From NCBI GenBank assembly GCA_964035545.1, contig OZ037765.1:16430995-16494994 (forward strand): a stretch of 64,000 nt of DNA, given 5' to 3'. Source of the stretch: Bugula neritina (lineage: Eukaryota; Animalia; Bryozoa). Both the position numbers and the translations under genes were made by a program. This document shows, one piece after another, positions 42,120-56,200 of the stretch (position 1 is the first letter of the stretch; the number at the start of each line of letters is the position of its first letter). The notes under the pieces are model-generated. The model saw only the letters and a list, made by a program, of their open reading frames with translations, did no database searches and was not told where the DNA came from.

Positions 42120-45100
42120 ATGCCCACTAAAAATTTGAAACTGGTAGTTGTTGGAGATGGTGGTGTCGGTATGTAGTTTCTTTCAAAACATTTCAGTAAT
42201 CTACTCACTTACTTTTAGGTAAAGTTTTTTTCTCTGAAAGCGCACATGTATAGCTAAAATGAAATTATGTGTGTATATTTTAGGAAAGAGCTGTTTGCTG
42301 ATATCATTCACCACCAATTCGTTTCCTTCTGAATATGTTCCTACTGTATTTGATAGCTTTGCTTTCGACAAGATAGTTAATGGAAAAAACTACAATTTGA
42401 GTTTGTGGGATGTAGCTGGCCAGGTATTTTTTCAAATATTTTGTTTCTTTCTTTTAACATTAAATTAATAAGTGTGTGGCAAATCACAACTAAAAGTTGT
42501 TTCATATATCAGAGGGATGGCTTAATGTTTATAATCTCTAACTGTAATTTGAGAGACCAACAGTTTTGGTGGCATAAGTCAATAATTGAACTACACACAT
42601 ATAAATACAGCGTTGTACACTTTTTGCCATATTCTAGCTTGCTTCTGAATGATAGAATTCAAATAGAAAAAGTTTTGTCAGCTAGTCATTGCAGCAATGA
42701 CACAATCTGTAGCAGTTGGTGGTGCACCAAATTATACATAGAAACGCTTCATCTTGGTCAGTAGATAGTGTAATACTCTCAATTAGCTTTTCTGCCATCT
42801 GGTGATATTATTACTTAAAGTTTTATGGTAAAATTTTCTAGAATTTTATAATTTTTACTTGTTTTAATTTATTCTTTTGGTAACTTTTGTTATTATAACT
42901 ACCCACTTAAAACACTTTGATTTTATTAGACTTTACTATTTCTGTTTTTAATGGCATATTTTCCTCTAGTACTGTGAACAGTTTGTTTGTATTTATAGGA
43001 AGATTATGACAGACTCCGCCCATTGTCATATCCGGGCACTGATGTCTTCTTAGTATGTTTTAGTCTTGCGGACAGGCACTCTTATGAAAACATAGCTCAA
43101 ATTTGGATTCCTGAGTTGAATCGTTTTTGCCCAGGGGTTCCCAGGGTACTTGTTGGCTGTAAAACTGGTAGGTTAGCTAATGTTATTTTTAAAGTACAAG
43201 TAGTAAATATGATTTGTCACAGATCTTGTTGAATAATTTCATAAATCTCATTTTTTATAATTTGTTCTCTATTTTGTTGTAATATTTTTTAATAATCAGC
43301 ACCTGCAAGTGTTTAAACATTTTTGAGTTATCTAGTTTAATTACTAAACTTCAAGCTGTTGGTAAACAGGTTTTTTATTAAAACGTAAAAGTAAACCATT
43401 TTGTTCGAGATAGTTATTTTAATATGCTTTCATAGCTGTTGCACTGTGTTCTGTGTATTGTTATTGTAGTTTTGCTTACTTGTTAGCTCACTGCAGTGTT
43501 ACAGTTTGATTTACTTATTGACTAGCTTATAAAATATAATGACTGACTAAGACCAGCTCTTAAAGGATGTAGATTTACTACATTTTATTGTAAACTTTAA
43601 AATGATCTGAGCTCTACTATTCTCCATTTTCTCTATTGTAGACCTCCAATCTCATTGCATTACCAAACAAGAAGCAATGAAGGCTGCAACAGACCTGCAG
43701 TGCGTAATGTACATGGAGAGCAGTTCTTTGCAGCTAAAGGGATTAACCGAACTATTTGATATGGCGGTATGTACCACTGTTATTCGATTAGTAAAAGCAA
43801 ATCTCTTAAATTCCATGTTAATCAATTGCTATATGTTTATTTTCTTTCCGTATATAGGTTAAGGTAGCAGTTGTGAATATGGAGAGACTATCAAGTAAAA
43901 CAAAAAGATTCAAGTTTCTGAAAAAAAAGAAAGAACTTCACTCACCTTCAAATGCAGACCTGTTGATTCCTCCTGTAATGCCCCCAGCTGGTTAGCTTAT
44001 TTATCATCAAAGGATTACAATATGCACATTTTTAAAATTAAATTTTTTGCTGGGTTTAGCGATTTAAATTTCAGAGATGGAAGCATTAAAAAGTGCTAGT
44101 TTTTTGGCTATTTTATCATGTTCTAATTATTGGTTGTAAATATGAATTATATAGGGTTTGCGCCAGAAATTGAGATAGAAACTAGTACAATTGGAGAGGA
44201 TTGGCTAAACCTGTTGAATTCTGCCACAAATGCTGACACAACACTAATTTTACCAAATGGTGAAAGGTTTTATGCTCATCAAACTCTTTTAGCCAGCGCA
44301 TCTGATGTTTTTCAGAAAGCGTTATTTATAGAACCAAAAAAGGTAAGCATTTTTTAAATTGTAGACCGTAGAGTTTAATTTGTAGTTATCTGTATTTTTA
44401 TACCAAAAATCAATTTTTTTATTTATTGAGGTAAACTTTTTTAAAAATGGGTTTTAGAAAAAACTTAAAGCTGAAGAAAAATTATTCAACCACCCGGCTA
44501 TACTGAAAGTGGACTCATCTGAGGCACCCAAATGTACCAAAGTATACCTGGCAGAGATTGTCTCCCCTCAAGCTATGAAACATGCCTTGCAGTTTTTCTA
44601 CTCTGGTTTGTTATACACAACACGATATATAATATTATATATTACATTTAATTGGCTCTCTCCAACATCTTACTGGTGTTTTCACTCTCTACAGCTACTG
44701 TCACAAGCTTAAAAATATGTCTTGCAGTTTTTTTACTCATGTACATTTGCTATGCAGTTGGTTCTAATTTCAAGAAAAATATTTTGTTACATTTTAATTA
44801 AAACCATAATTTGCTACATAATGTGGTGAATTCTGTCTGTCCAAAAATATAGCTTTGTGATTCTGCTTGTGTTATTCTTAGCTACCTTATACTGAAATGT
44901 TTCTTTCTATTAATGTTGGGCCTATTATATTAGGCTGGCTGCATTTTACATGTTATAGTAACGTAGTTTGCTCTAAAGACTGTAGTTGGTACAATTTTTT
45001 TATGTAATTTTAGGTGTAGTTGTCTTTGATAAAAGCCCTAATGACGCTCTTCTGCAGGATATTAGAAATTTAAGTGAATTGTTTTCATGTCCATTTCTCA

Positions 45101-48100
45101 AACAAATTTGTGATAATTTGCAAAGTGATGATGAGGATCTAAACCCTAGCATAGGCACATATCTTTGTGATGTCAGGGCTGAGAAAATGAAAAAACTGTT
45201 TTTTGATTCTGCTTCTGACTCTACTGCAGACTTGAAGTTTCTTTTCAAGTGTAAGTATATTCATTTTTGTATTAAATAATATAAAAATACATGTATGCTA
45301 GGGTGCAAATCTATGCAATTAATTCTAAAAAACATCCTGTTTACATAATATATATAACTAAATAAGGTCAGGTGCAGCTTAAAAGCTCTACCATCTGTTC
45401 TTATTGTAGTAAATCAGTTTTCTTACAGTGGCATTTGGTTGGATATTCAACTTGTTAATGTCCTCCAGTTTTTTAATAAAAGTTACTCAACCGTTGATGT
45501 GTATTAAAATGCATTTATACCATCATAAAAATCTACATTTTTTTTAAATAGAGGTATAAACACTCCCAAGAGCAATTTTATTTAATATTTTTATATGTAT
45601 TGAATAACATTTATGTGAGACCTAAAAGTTGAGGTAACTTAGCAAATAAATTTAACATGTAATAGTATTCCATATTTTATCATCTAAGAATTCAAAGTAC
45701 TTTTTCTGTTTTAAGTTTACGTACTTTCTTAGAGATCTTTTAAATTAGAGGTTTAGTGAAATTTTAAAATAAAATATGTGGTATCATGCTAAATAGCTCC
45801 TATAGAAAGTATAGCTGCAATACTTTAATATATGTCCGCTTATCTCATCATAAATTAAGGATTTTCAAACTCAATAAAATGTTTATTAGACATATCAGGA
45901 TTTCAGCAGTAAAAGCTTTGTGTGAGCCACTAAACTTTTTTATTGGGAAATTTCAAAACTTGATTCAAATGTTGCTCTGCTAAGCTCACATATTTAAGAA
46001 GGCTGGTATTTGTCTATTGTTTATAATGTGTTTTTAGCAAAAGAGATCTACGCTCATAAATGTATTGTCAGTGCAAGAAATGCAACAATGGCAGCCATGT
46101 TAGATGGCAGGTTTGCTGAGAGTAATGCTGTGAATGTAGCTACGGTAAATATAGTTTTAATATTGTCTTTTTTTCCTGACTGCAGTTTTCTGTTAATGAT
46201 GATGATTTATTTAAATATTGCATAAGCTCTTATAAATATCTTGCTATGGAATTAGTTCAGAAAGTACTGCTTGTGTGTGTACACACACACACGCACATAC
46301 TGTGATTTGTTGTGGGTTATTGTGATAATCTAGCTAGTGAACATAAGCTCTTTGTATTTCAAGAGAGAGAAGGCAATTTCCAGGTGTAGTAATCTTTATT
46401 AGCGTCTTCAAAAATGTAGTTGCCTTGATAGTAATAGTGGTGTCTCTGAGCTCCAGCATTAGACTAATTCTACCCTGGAAAGCTCGCCCTTTTATACCCT
46501 GGGACACTCTCCAAATTCCACGACATTCTAAAACATAATGTGATGATAACTCCCAAAATCTACTACAAAACATCTAGCTTGGTATACCATGTTTTGTTTT
46601 AGGTTGACAGGTTAAACAATGTATGATGTATATTTATTTTGTGTAATCTGATATATTCCTCCAAATATGGTGGCTTATCTAAGGTTCTTTATTTTAGGTG
46701 GACATGGTCCATGATAATCAAATGGATTCAGAGACATTTCTTGCTATGCTGGAGTATTTATATACCGGACATGCACCACTAGATAAAGGAGTGGATCCAG
46801 TATCATTGCTTATTCTCTCAGACAGATACAACATCACTCAACTTACTAACCTATGTGAACTGTACATTACTAAATTTGTTGAACAAAAATGTTTTAAAAG
46901 CATAGAGAAAGCAGACGTAGATGTGATTGGACTGCTGTCTATGGCTCAGGTGACTATCATTCTACTAGACTCTACAGAGTTGGTCATTTCTACTTTGAAA
47001 CAGCTTGCTTTCAGCATTTTATTTTGGTTATATAAAACCATTTCTTAAAGGTTTTAAAGTCCCCATCTTAGCGAGAACCCTTATGGTAAAATTTTTTTCA
47101 GCTAGCTAAGGGTTTGTTTTTATGGCACAGGTGCAATTATGACTGATTACCCTTCTGGCATCAGCAATGGCGTTGCCGGAATTCAAGCCAACCCCCCCCC
47201 CCCATTACTTGCCCTAAGCTAAAACTTTAACTACTGCACCAAGGTTGCTTCGATGTGACTTTGATTATATATTTAGAATAAGTTGGCTAAAAACATAATT
47301 CGTAATAATTTGAGAAATAAAACAGCACTAAATTTGTCAACATAACAAACTTTTTGGTAGGTGAAACAATTACTTAGTGCAGCAGTAAAGTATAAGCAGC
47401 AATATATTTGTAATCTTGTTAGTATAGCTCAGTCAATCATTAGTTTTTAAATTAAAGCACAGTGCAAATTCAACACTTTATATACTGCTTCTTTCTTTAT
47501 AACCATGTTCAAATATTTTACTAAACCAGAATTTCTCTATCTATTTCCATAGTTACAGTGCTTATCTAGAACTTTACTGTTGAATATTTTGAAGTAGCAT
47601 GATGAGATATTCAAATTCTATTGAAATATGAAGAGAAAATTTAGGAATAGCTACACTCTAGTGGTTAGAGCACTGGCCTAATAAATGCTAGGTCATGGGT
47701 CGCAATATTAATGGGTCTATTGGTGATTTCAAGAGGAATACCCAGCCACAATTGCTCCTATATTCCAAATATCTAATCCTTAGCCCCCTTAACAATCCTT
47801 ATCATCAGGGGTTCTCACAGGAATGGAGGCAAATTTGAACAAGTTTGAGTAGGATGTTAAATATAGTCATAATGTTAGTACTGATAATCATTATTACTAG
47901 TCTTGTTTTAAAAGAAACCAATCAGGTAGCTTGCAAAACTTTATCAAGTTTACTCTAGCTGAGACTCAAACCCGCAGCGCCTCTATAGATGGTTCTACCC
48001 TGACCCCCTAGTACTACTTATTTACATAACTTTTAGTGATCTATACCCATTGAATTAAATTATAAGATTAATTGACAAGTTCAAATAATGGATTATACTA

Positions 48101-49138
48101 ACTGGCCTGTATTGTTGCTTAATAAATACTTGATACTTAAATTTATGTTTAGTAAATGTTGATTGGTGCTACTAAAGCTCTATAACTACAATGCGAGTTT
48201 TATAATAATGCTGATAATAACAATAAACCTGAAGGCAATATTACTAGCTTTTGCTGATATTTATATAAATTTAGTTGCATTATCAATAAATATTTCATTA
48301 GTAAATTCACCAGAGAGTTTATTAAAGCTAAATAGATTATGCAAAAAACAATAACCTATTTATGTTGCAACTATTCTGTGAACATAACCTAGAACTTTTA
48401 GGCAAAGTGCAAAACTAGAAAGATTGAAAAGCTGCTAAACTACCCAGTGTATTTTAAGACAGCCACCCATTTATTATATTCCATGCAGTTACCCATCATT
48501 ATGACTGTTCACAAGTCAAAATGGCTACCAAAGCAAGAGGCTTAAATGATGTGTGGTGTGGAGATGTAGTTTTGAGCACTATCATATCTGCTTGCTTTTA
48601 TTTGAAGAAATTTGCACATGCATCTATCTTATATCTTATACTTAAAAGTAGTAGCATATAGCTTTATAAACACTCAATTGGTTATTATGCACATTCACAA
48701 CTTTTATAAATAATTTTTGCTATATCTAAATAAGATCAGAACAAAATTATTTAGCATTGAAAATGGTTATGAGGAATATTGTTCTAATTTATTATAAAAC
48801 AAGTACTGATGTGACGCAGCATTAACTTGAAGTCAAACTAAGCATGCTATCTGGCTGTAGTAGATATTTTTATTGATAAATGTTACTTTACTATTGCAGC
48901 TTTACAATGCTCCACAGTTGGTTAGGTGGTGCCTATACATTTCATCAGTACAAATTATCTCCCTCTCTCAGCTAGACCTGAATGGAGTCAGTTGTCAGAT
49001 TCTGATCTGCAACATATTGAAGAACATCGTTGGCCACCTTTAGAGTATCTTGAACAAGTCAAAGAATATGAAGAGCTTTGTCATGAACATTCTTACCATG
49101 CTAAAAAAAGATCTGGTGTGGCATGTTTAATAATGTAA
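42120..49138 (+). CDS. RhoBTB / RacA-like protein, paralog B (canonical Rac-like G domain, tandem BTB, CaaX CLIM); +2 frameshift in last exon as assembled
   Basis: Exons 42120-42168, 42284-42423, 42999-43167, 43642-43766, 43858-43990, 44155-44342, 44458-44605, 45014-45250, 46038-46144, 46698-46949 and 48900(or 48926)-49138. Motifs: [69 protein letters not shown]. Confidence 0.9.
44484..44699 (+). repeat. Homogenised patch 1, copy in paralog B
   Basis: Inverted near-identical match to 23489-23704. Confidence 0.9.
46604..46874 (+). repeat. Homogenised patch 2, copy in paralog B
   Basis: Inverted near-identical match to 21694-21956. Confidence 0.9.
47645..47760 (+). mobile_element. Degenerate tRNA-derived SINE-like remnant
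   Basis: CTAGTGGTTAGAGCACTGGCCTAATAAATGCTAGGTCATGGGTCGCA resembles a tRNA D-arm/anticodon/T-arm with a broken B-box. Confidence 0.35.
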
Positions 49139-50150
49139 TTTTGTTTATTAGTTTTTTTAACCTTGTTATGTAGTATATTTACTTGTATATATTATATATT
49201 TTATTTTTTAAAATTGGTTAGTCAAGTGCAGTAGCTTAATGTTATTTAAAAAATGCTTTGTATGAAAATGTGTATAATTTGCACATTCTATTTTACTACT
49301 TCTGTTTTTGTGTTCTTGGATGTTAAAGCAATTGTAGATTTTAATTTTATAATATTTTATAATTATTAACTTTGAAAGTAATAATTTTTTGGAACAAAAT
49401 TGAGCTACTGAAAATAACAGTTTGTATTAAAAGCTTTATAGAATTTCTTTTTAGCTTATAGAATTTCTTTCTTGCTGAGGTGACAAGTTATGCTTTATTT
49501 TTTAATATTTTATTAATGAAATAAAGCAGCTATAGTACTATATTGCTATAAAATAAATAATATTTATATATAACAGCAAATATTATTGGCTAATGGACAA
49601 GATTATTAATTTTGTTGTTAATTGTAATTGGCAATTTGGAATTACTTCATCTTGAGAAATCACTTTTATCCTATCAACTTTGATTATTGTAATTTATTAT
49701 CATTGTGGGGTTTATTGAGAATCTGGTGACTGTTCTAAAAAGCTAATATATGGTGTATGTCAATAATAAAAGATGCTGTTTTTAGCACTCAAACGTCGTT
49801 GAGCATGGGACTACGGCATATTTATTCCAAACCAACTCTCAAGCGGTGTAATAAAAACAATATGCGCTCTTATTGAAACTGCGCACGCATTGTAGGATGT
49901 CAGCTGATGCAAAAAGGTTTTCGCGATCAAAAATATCTGCGCTAGTATCGTTATTCTTTATCACGGGGAATTGTGGGAAAAATTACAAGCGCTTTAGTAA
50001 TTATATTTTTTCTACCCTGTCAGATAAGTATTTTTAGCAAAAATTGATCCAATTATTTCTAATACTTACTTATACATATGGCAGTTGTCGTTGGTAAAAT
50101 TTAAGCTGTATTGTAGCTATAAATTAATTTTTAAACTTCACATCCTGTTT

Positions 50151-50160
50151 GTGACGTCAC
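50151..50160. promoter_or_regulatory. Full palindromic CRE (ATF/CREB site) in the ARID5 proximal promoter
   Basis: GTGACGTCAC 80 bp upstream of ATG 50240 in a CpG-enriched region, followed by Inr-like TCAGT. Confidence 0.55.
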
Positions 50161-50239
50161 GGGTCAAGCCTTAGTCGTCAGTCAGTAAAAAACCACCAAG
50201 AGTAACTTGGTCTACTTTCTCAGAATATTTGCAATTACA

Positions 50240-53200
50240 ATGCCTCCGTCAACTGTAAAGGTATGTAGAGTTTCACAGTTTAATATCTAGTGTTAAGTTC
50301 AACTATTTTGCTAAAAAATAGTTTATGCATGCAGTCGTTTATTGAGTACTAATACTAAAAGTGATAACAAAGTAAAGCCTAAGTACTAATACTTGGTTTG
50401 ACTAGGAGTAGATCTAGATTCTAGACAGTATGCTCGCGCTCAAAGGTGGCTATTAAAAGTAAACGCGTTTGAATGTGCTATTTGAATTTCACATAGCCGG
50501 TCGCTGTAAAGCAATTTTTACCAGTGCTAGATGCTTTATTATTTTAACTGTATTGTGATTTGCGTCCTACTTAGTCACTCTACTATTTATAGGCTTTATC
50601 ATACATATAAAATTATATATTTTTATATGATTGTATATGTGCGTTATGTAACAAACATATTGATTATTTGATAATTATGACAACCTAATATTAAACAAGC
50701 TAGTCATATTTTAACTGCTAGCTCTTGTCAATATGAGTATCACTATCAGTGCCTGAGTTGCATTATAATTATTCATATGCTTTCACATTGTGCTTATGTT
50801 GATACTCTGGATTTACTAAGTCTAATAATCTAATGATGCAACTTTAATTTGCATGTCATTGTAATTGTTTGTAAAAACATTTGCAGCCATCCTTACTTCA
50901 CAGAGTGTAAAACTGTAATATATAAAAATTACATTGTAGTTGTATGATGACTGGCTAGTAATCGCAGGCATTCGTTCAACAATAATAATACTTCACAGTA
51001 ATAGTAAGGGTGTGAAATTTTGTTGGCACTGAGGTAGTGCTAATTCTTATAATTATAGAAATTGCATAAAATAATAAAGATTAAATACTTTGAGTTTTCA
51101 AACAGGCTACAACTTTTAGGATTATAAGATAAAACTCTGAAGGTCAATGTTTTCTTGAATTTTCAGTTGGGAAGGCAGTCTGGTGAACATGGCTCTTACA
51201 CCTTCTTCCGATCATTCTCATACCAAATGGACAAAAAATGGCGTCATATTAAGTTGGGCAAATTTTTTTTCGTGAGGTTAAACAAAAATAGCCCAATATG
51301 TATTGGAGAGCTGCAGTTAGTATGGACAGGGCGTTATAGCAGCCACCCATTAACATCAGTGAGATTGTACTTTCTTCCAGAGCAAATTCCAGATGGCCGT
51401 CAGTCACACCATGGCCAAGTGAGTTGTTTAAATAAATGCTTTTAAAACATGTTTTGATAATTTTAGAGTGCTGGTACCTCTAGCTTTATGTTGGAGTAGT
51501 TCAATGAGCAAGTTTACTGACTAACTTTGTTACTAGTAATCAAAGTGAAAGATTTTATGATAATAAAATATGACTGTGCAGTGTGTAGTTGTGTAATGAA
51601 AAGTGTTTCCTGAGAATTATTGGGATTGTATTAGTTTATTAAGGAAAAGCTAGTGTTCATGACACAAGCTGTTGACTACAGTTACGCAATATTCAAAATA
51701 TTTCTCAGTGCGTCTGATTTGAATCAGCTCTTTTGCAATAACTAAATGGTTATTACGATACCAAACTCGCTTCTACAGTATTATACTTGCAGAATTACTA
51801 GCTAGGATTTACAGCTAGTTACGCACTTTATGTAACCATAGTAATATTGCAGTGATTTATGTACTCTTACAAAATTGTATCGCCTCAAGTAATGCATTTT
51901 TTAAAGTTTTTGCAAGGTGTTTTTGCTAATTATAATTTCACGCTATGAGCTATATCCCTTCATAATTAAAAAGCAAATATTTGAATAGGCTTTTGTTAAC
52001 ATTTTTATAATGTAAACATATCTTTTTAAACTCTCTAACCTTTTCACTCTCTCTGTTTTGTATGTTAAGAAATTCTGATGTATTTCAGATGCTCATTGTT
52101 GAATTGTGCTAGTTTGTAACACGTACATATCTAACAAGACTGGCTCAGTCACTAATCTTTCATTAAAGTACGTTCTTGTAGCGTATAAAATTATGATATT
52201 TTTTTAAAAACGTATTAGATGTTTCAGAGTTTGAATTCCTTAAGGTTATCGTAGATATTTTTTTAATTTTCCAGCCAGTACTTGTTTTTTTAACCATAGT
52301 TCTATTTAGTCAACATATTTTGTATTAAATTTAATCATAATATTTAAGTCTTTTTATTATCCACTACAATGGTATTTTCAAATAATTAAGGATTAGTGGA
52401 CATTGTGGGATCAAACAGCTGGATACAGCATTTAAATTGCAGCCTAGTTAAAAATTGATTTGAATAGTCACTTGATGGAACTGTATGGCTTGCGTGATAA
52501 CTGCCATAGTGAAAGAGCTTCTACTTTAGCCATCAACATGCTTTTCAATTATATTATGATAATGAGAATTCCATTAGTCACTGAATAATAAACATTCTCT
52601 GTTGCAAATTAGCTTTGGTTTTATTATTTCAAAGCATCAACTTTTCAGGGCGGTCAAATTACTCAGCTGTTATCTAGTAACATTTTTAGCAGATGTAAAC
52701 TGATGTGGTCTAGATAAAATATTATGTAGCTGAAACCTTTGAACCCTTATCTTTTATCCAACAGATAGTACAAGCCTATGCCCCTACCATTTATCTCTCA
52801 TCTTTCTAGAACATTTAAACAAAATTTTGTCTTCATATAAATAAATTTATATAATTTCTCTCTAGCTTATACTATATGTTATAAAATTTATAGTGGTGCA
52901 ACATTTTTAAAAATAATTATAGAAAAAAAATTATTCTACAAAATTTCCCTTTAAATTTATGCTATAAAAACTAAGAACTCCCGAGTTTTTACTTAAATTA
53001 TCTGCATGGCTTTTCCTAAGTGGTTGGGAAGTATTTATCAATAACTGCTTCAAAGTCATCTGGCAGAAATAGTTGCATCCAAGTTTATTAGCCTGAACGT
53101 TGCTGGCAGATTTTCTAGTATCTGGTGACAGTAACTTTGTATTACAGCCGTGTGATTGGTTGACGAGAGGACACGCATTATTGCACAACAACTATGTTTT

Positions 53201-56200
53201 GTGTCATCTATTATAATACTAAACACATCAAGTACTAAAGGCAATGAAATAACCATCATGGAAGCCAGTTTCCTTCATAAGCTATGAGCCACTGCCTGCT
53301 ATTTCAAGTTGACTATCTTTTTGCAAACTCACCATCACTTTCTAAAAGCTCTCTCCGTACTGCATGATATTGTAGACTTGCCAATTTTTCCACTAGACTA
53401 TAAATTGTTAGAAAACTGCAAAGATAGTGTTGCAATTACCCTCCTCAAACTTTAGCTGGGTTCCAAACTAATTTATCTATTTGATACTCAGCAATTCCTT
53501 TGTTTGGATTCAAGCAGACCTCGGAGATGGAGAGTCTATTTAATTTCATTTTATATTTTATAAACTTGATAGATTCACAATTGGTATTTTGTTAAGTGAA
53601 TTCAATGTACTCAAATTAATTAGTTTACCTCAAAAATGGCCAAACCACTAAGTATCCATCAAAACTGAAAATCCTTCTCTTTTTGCCATCACTTAGTCTA
53701 CTTTACTGAAATATATTATGATTGACACCAATTGCTCTTTCTAATTTCTACATTTCCCAGGCAATTTCTACTTAAGGTTTTAAATGCGCAGTTTGGCTTT
53801 TGGTGAAACTTTTACACCAAAAGTGTTAAGAATGCTATCTGAGTAGATTTGCAACATTTCATTGTCCGTAAATTATACTAATACCAGAACGTTAAAAGAA
53901 ACTATCTGTTGACTTAAAATTAGACAATACAAAATTTATCATTTATATAACGCTGTAGATGCCAAGAAATCTATCTTGTGAAAAATGTTTTATGAAAAGT
54001 TGAATAGTCACTGCAGCTCATTAATCGAAGCGTATGCTTTACTATTGCTGTCTCTCCATGCATCAAACCAACCTTTGAAATGCCAATCAAAGAGACCTCA
54101 ACTTAATCACAGCAACTTCATTGCATTGAAAGATAGTGAATTGTTTATTTTGTCAAGTAAAACTTTCAAAATGTAGGAAAAAAGAAAAATTTCACACAAC
54201 CAACCACAACCCTGGCCTGCTGTTTTTTCAATTTAAATGTGTATTGTAGGATGAGCTGGTGGCAACTGATAAAATGGTGGTACATGCTAAAGATCTAATA
54301 AAATGGATCATCTGTGATGGTGTAGAATGGAGATTAGGGTTGTCACTAATGAAACCCAACGAAGTTGCTCAAAACTCTATGATAACACCTTATCTTGAAA
54401 AAAATATAGGCTGTCATAAATGCAAAACAATAAACACAGGTATGTTGTACTTTTATATTAGTTGTGTAGATAAACTCTACAGGATAAGTAAGCATTGCCT
54501 AGCCTGGTATAACCCTTGCAAGTTTCCTGTAATATTTAAAATAAGATTTTGGAGATTTTGCTTCTTGTAGTTTAATTTATAATGAAGCTACTAATCGTGT
54601 TTATTAATGGCGCTATAATTTTTGTTTTAGATGGCGTGACGTGTGATGTACAAGTTATAGACTTGAAATCTTATTGCAAGTTAAGGACTGTTTTAAAACG
54701 TGCAGCTAATGAATTAAGTTTTCTTCAAATTCTCAACTGCCCCCAGCTGTCAGCCATTTATGATTTGAAACATATTCAGCCAAACAAATACATCATGTTT
54801 TGTAAAGAAACATTTCCCTGTGCTGAGTTGGAAAACCATGACTTTCGCTGTGACCATCTAGGTGAGTTGGTGTGGTATTGTAATATCTTTTTTTTTAAAT
54901 CTCTTTTTTCAAAAGATTTAGGTGGTAACAATATAAGTTTTTAAGCTAATAACCTTGCATTGTTTGTTACTGGTGATAAATAGGGTAATGGCCATATTGT
55001 CAATAATTTATTGCTTATAGAAATAAAAAATGGGTCCAATATACCAAGTGCATGATTTTAATGATTGTTTTCTATGCAAGTCATAAAATAGAAAAAAAAT
55101 TAAAAATAGAATTTTTTTGTGTCTCTAGAGTGAAAAATAATACTTTTAATGTAATTTAACTTCTCTTATTTGAAAAGTATACTGTTAATTTTAAGATTAG
55201 CTGAATTTCTTTTTAAGTAAGATGTTTGCTGAGGTGAGTATATAAAAACCGTTGTATTTAATATAATTTATAATTTAAACCATACAACTAAATTTTTACC
55301 GGTGGCTGTTCTTGCATAAAGAATTATCCATTTGGTGTCCATCGATCTTTTCAATATTTTGTATTGAAATATATTGAAAAGCGTTATATTTGATGTCTCT
55401 ATCTAATTTGTTAGTTTATATAATATAAAGCCATAAATATAAAGTACCATAAATAATTTGAATTCGACTCCGTTACTTAAAACTTTGCCTAATAAAAGCT
55501 GGTTGCTTGTATTTATAACAAATCAAATGCCAATAGCTCAAATTTCATGGTAAAAAGTTGGCCATTAATCATCAATCAAAATAATATAATGCAGGCAAAA
55601 ACTACTTGAATGCTACGCAACTTTGATTTTTGCATTGGCTAAGTTACAAATGGGAGGGTAGTTGTACCCATTCAAAGTAAACAAAGCATGCATATAATAA
55701 TCTATCCCAGAGCAACACGTGACTTTGTTCAATTTGTACAGTCACTGTGGCCTACCTTTGCACCTTTGAAGTGCTTGCTGGTATAAGCGTAGAAGGCATG
55801 CCTACTTGCCCTCCCTAAGGTTTTGGATTTGAGATAAATAGACGATTGTTTATTTAATTTTAGCCACATGAAACAAAACCAGTCTACGTAATTTTTAAAA
55901 TAATTGTATAATATTTTTCCCAGCATTTGCGTTGGGGGGGGGGGTTTAACTCAGCTACAATAATTATAATAAATCATCCTATAATAGTAGAAAAGAGGTT
56001 TTAGATGCAACACCAGAGCAGTTATAAAGTGAAAAGGTGAAATGCACCAGCTAATGCAGATTTATTATGTTATGTAGGTTATATTATACCACCAAAGTTA
56101 AATTATCATAAAACTTTGGTCTCCATATCAATTTGAGTGTACTACAGTTATACTAAATAAATTCCCTTCAGTTCAGGGTACAAATTCAAATTAAAATAGC

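Noticed and set aside
52950-54170. Possibly a very decayed RT-like remnant in ARID5 intron 2 (minus strand)
   Set aside because: Only a weak ..ISADD-like hint; no motif set I can support without a search
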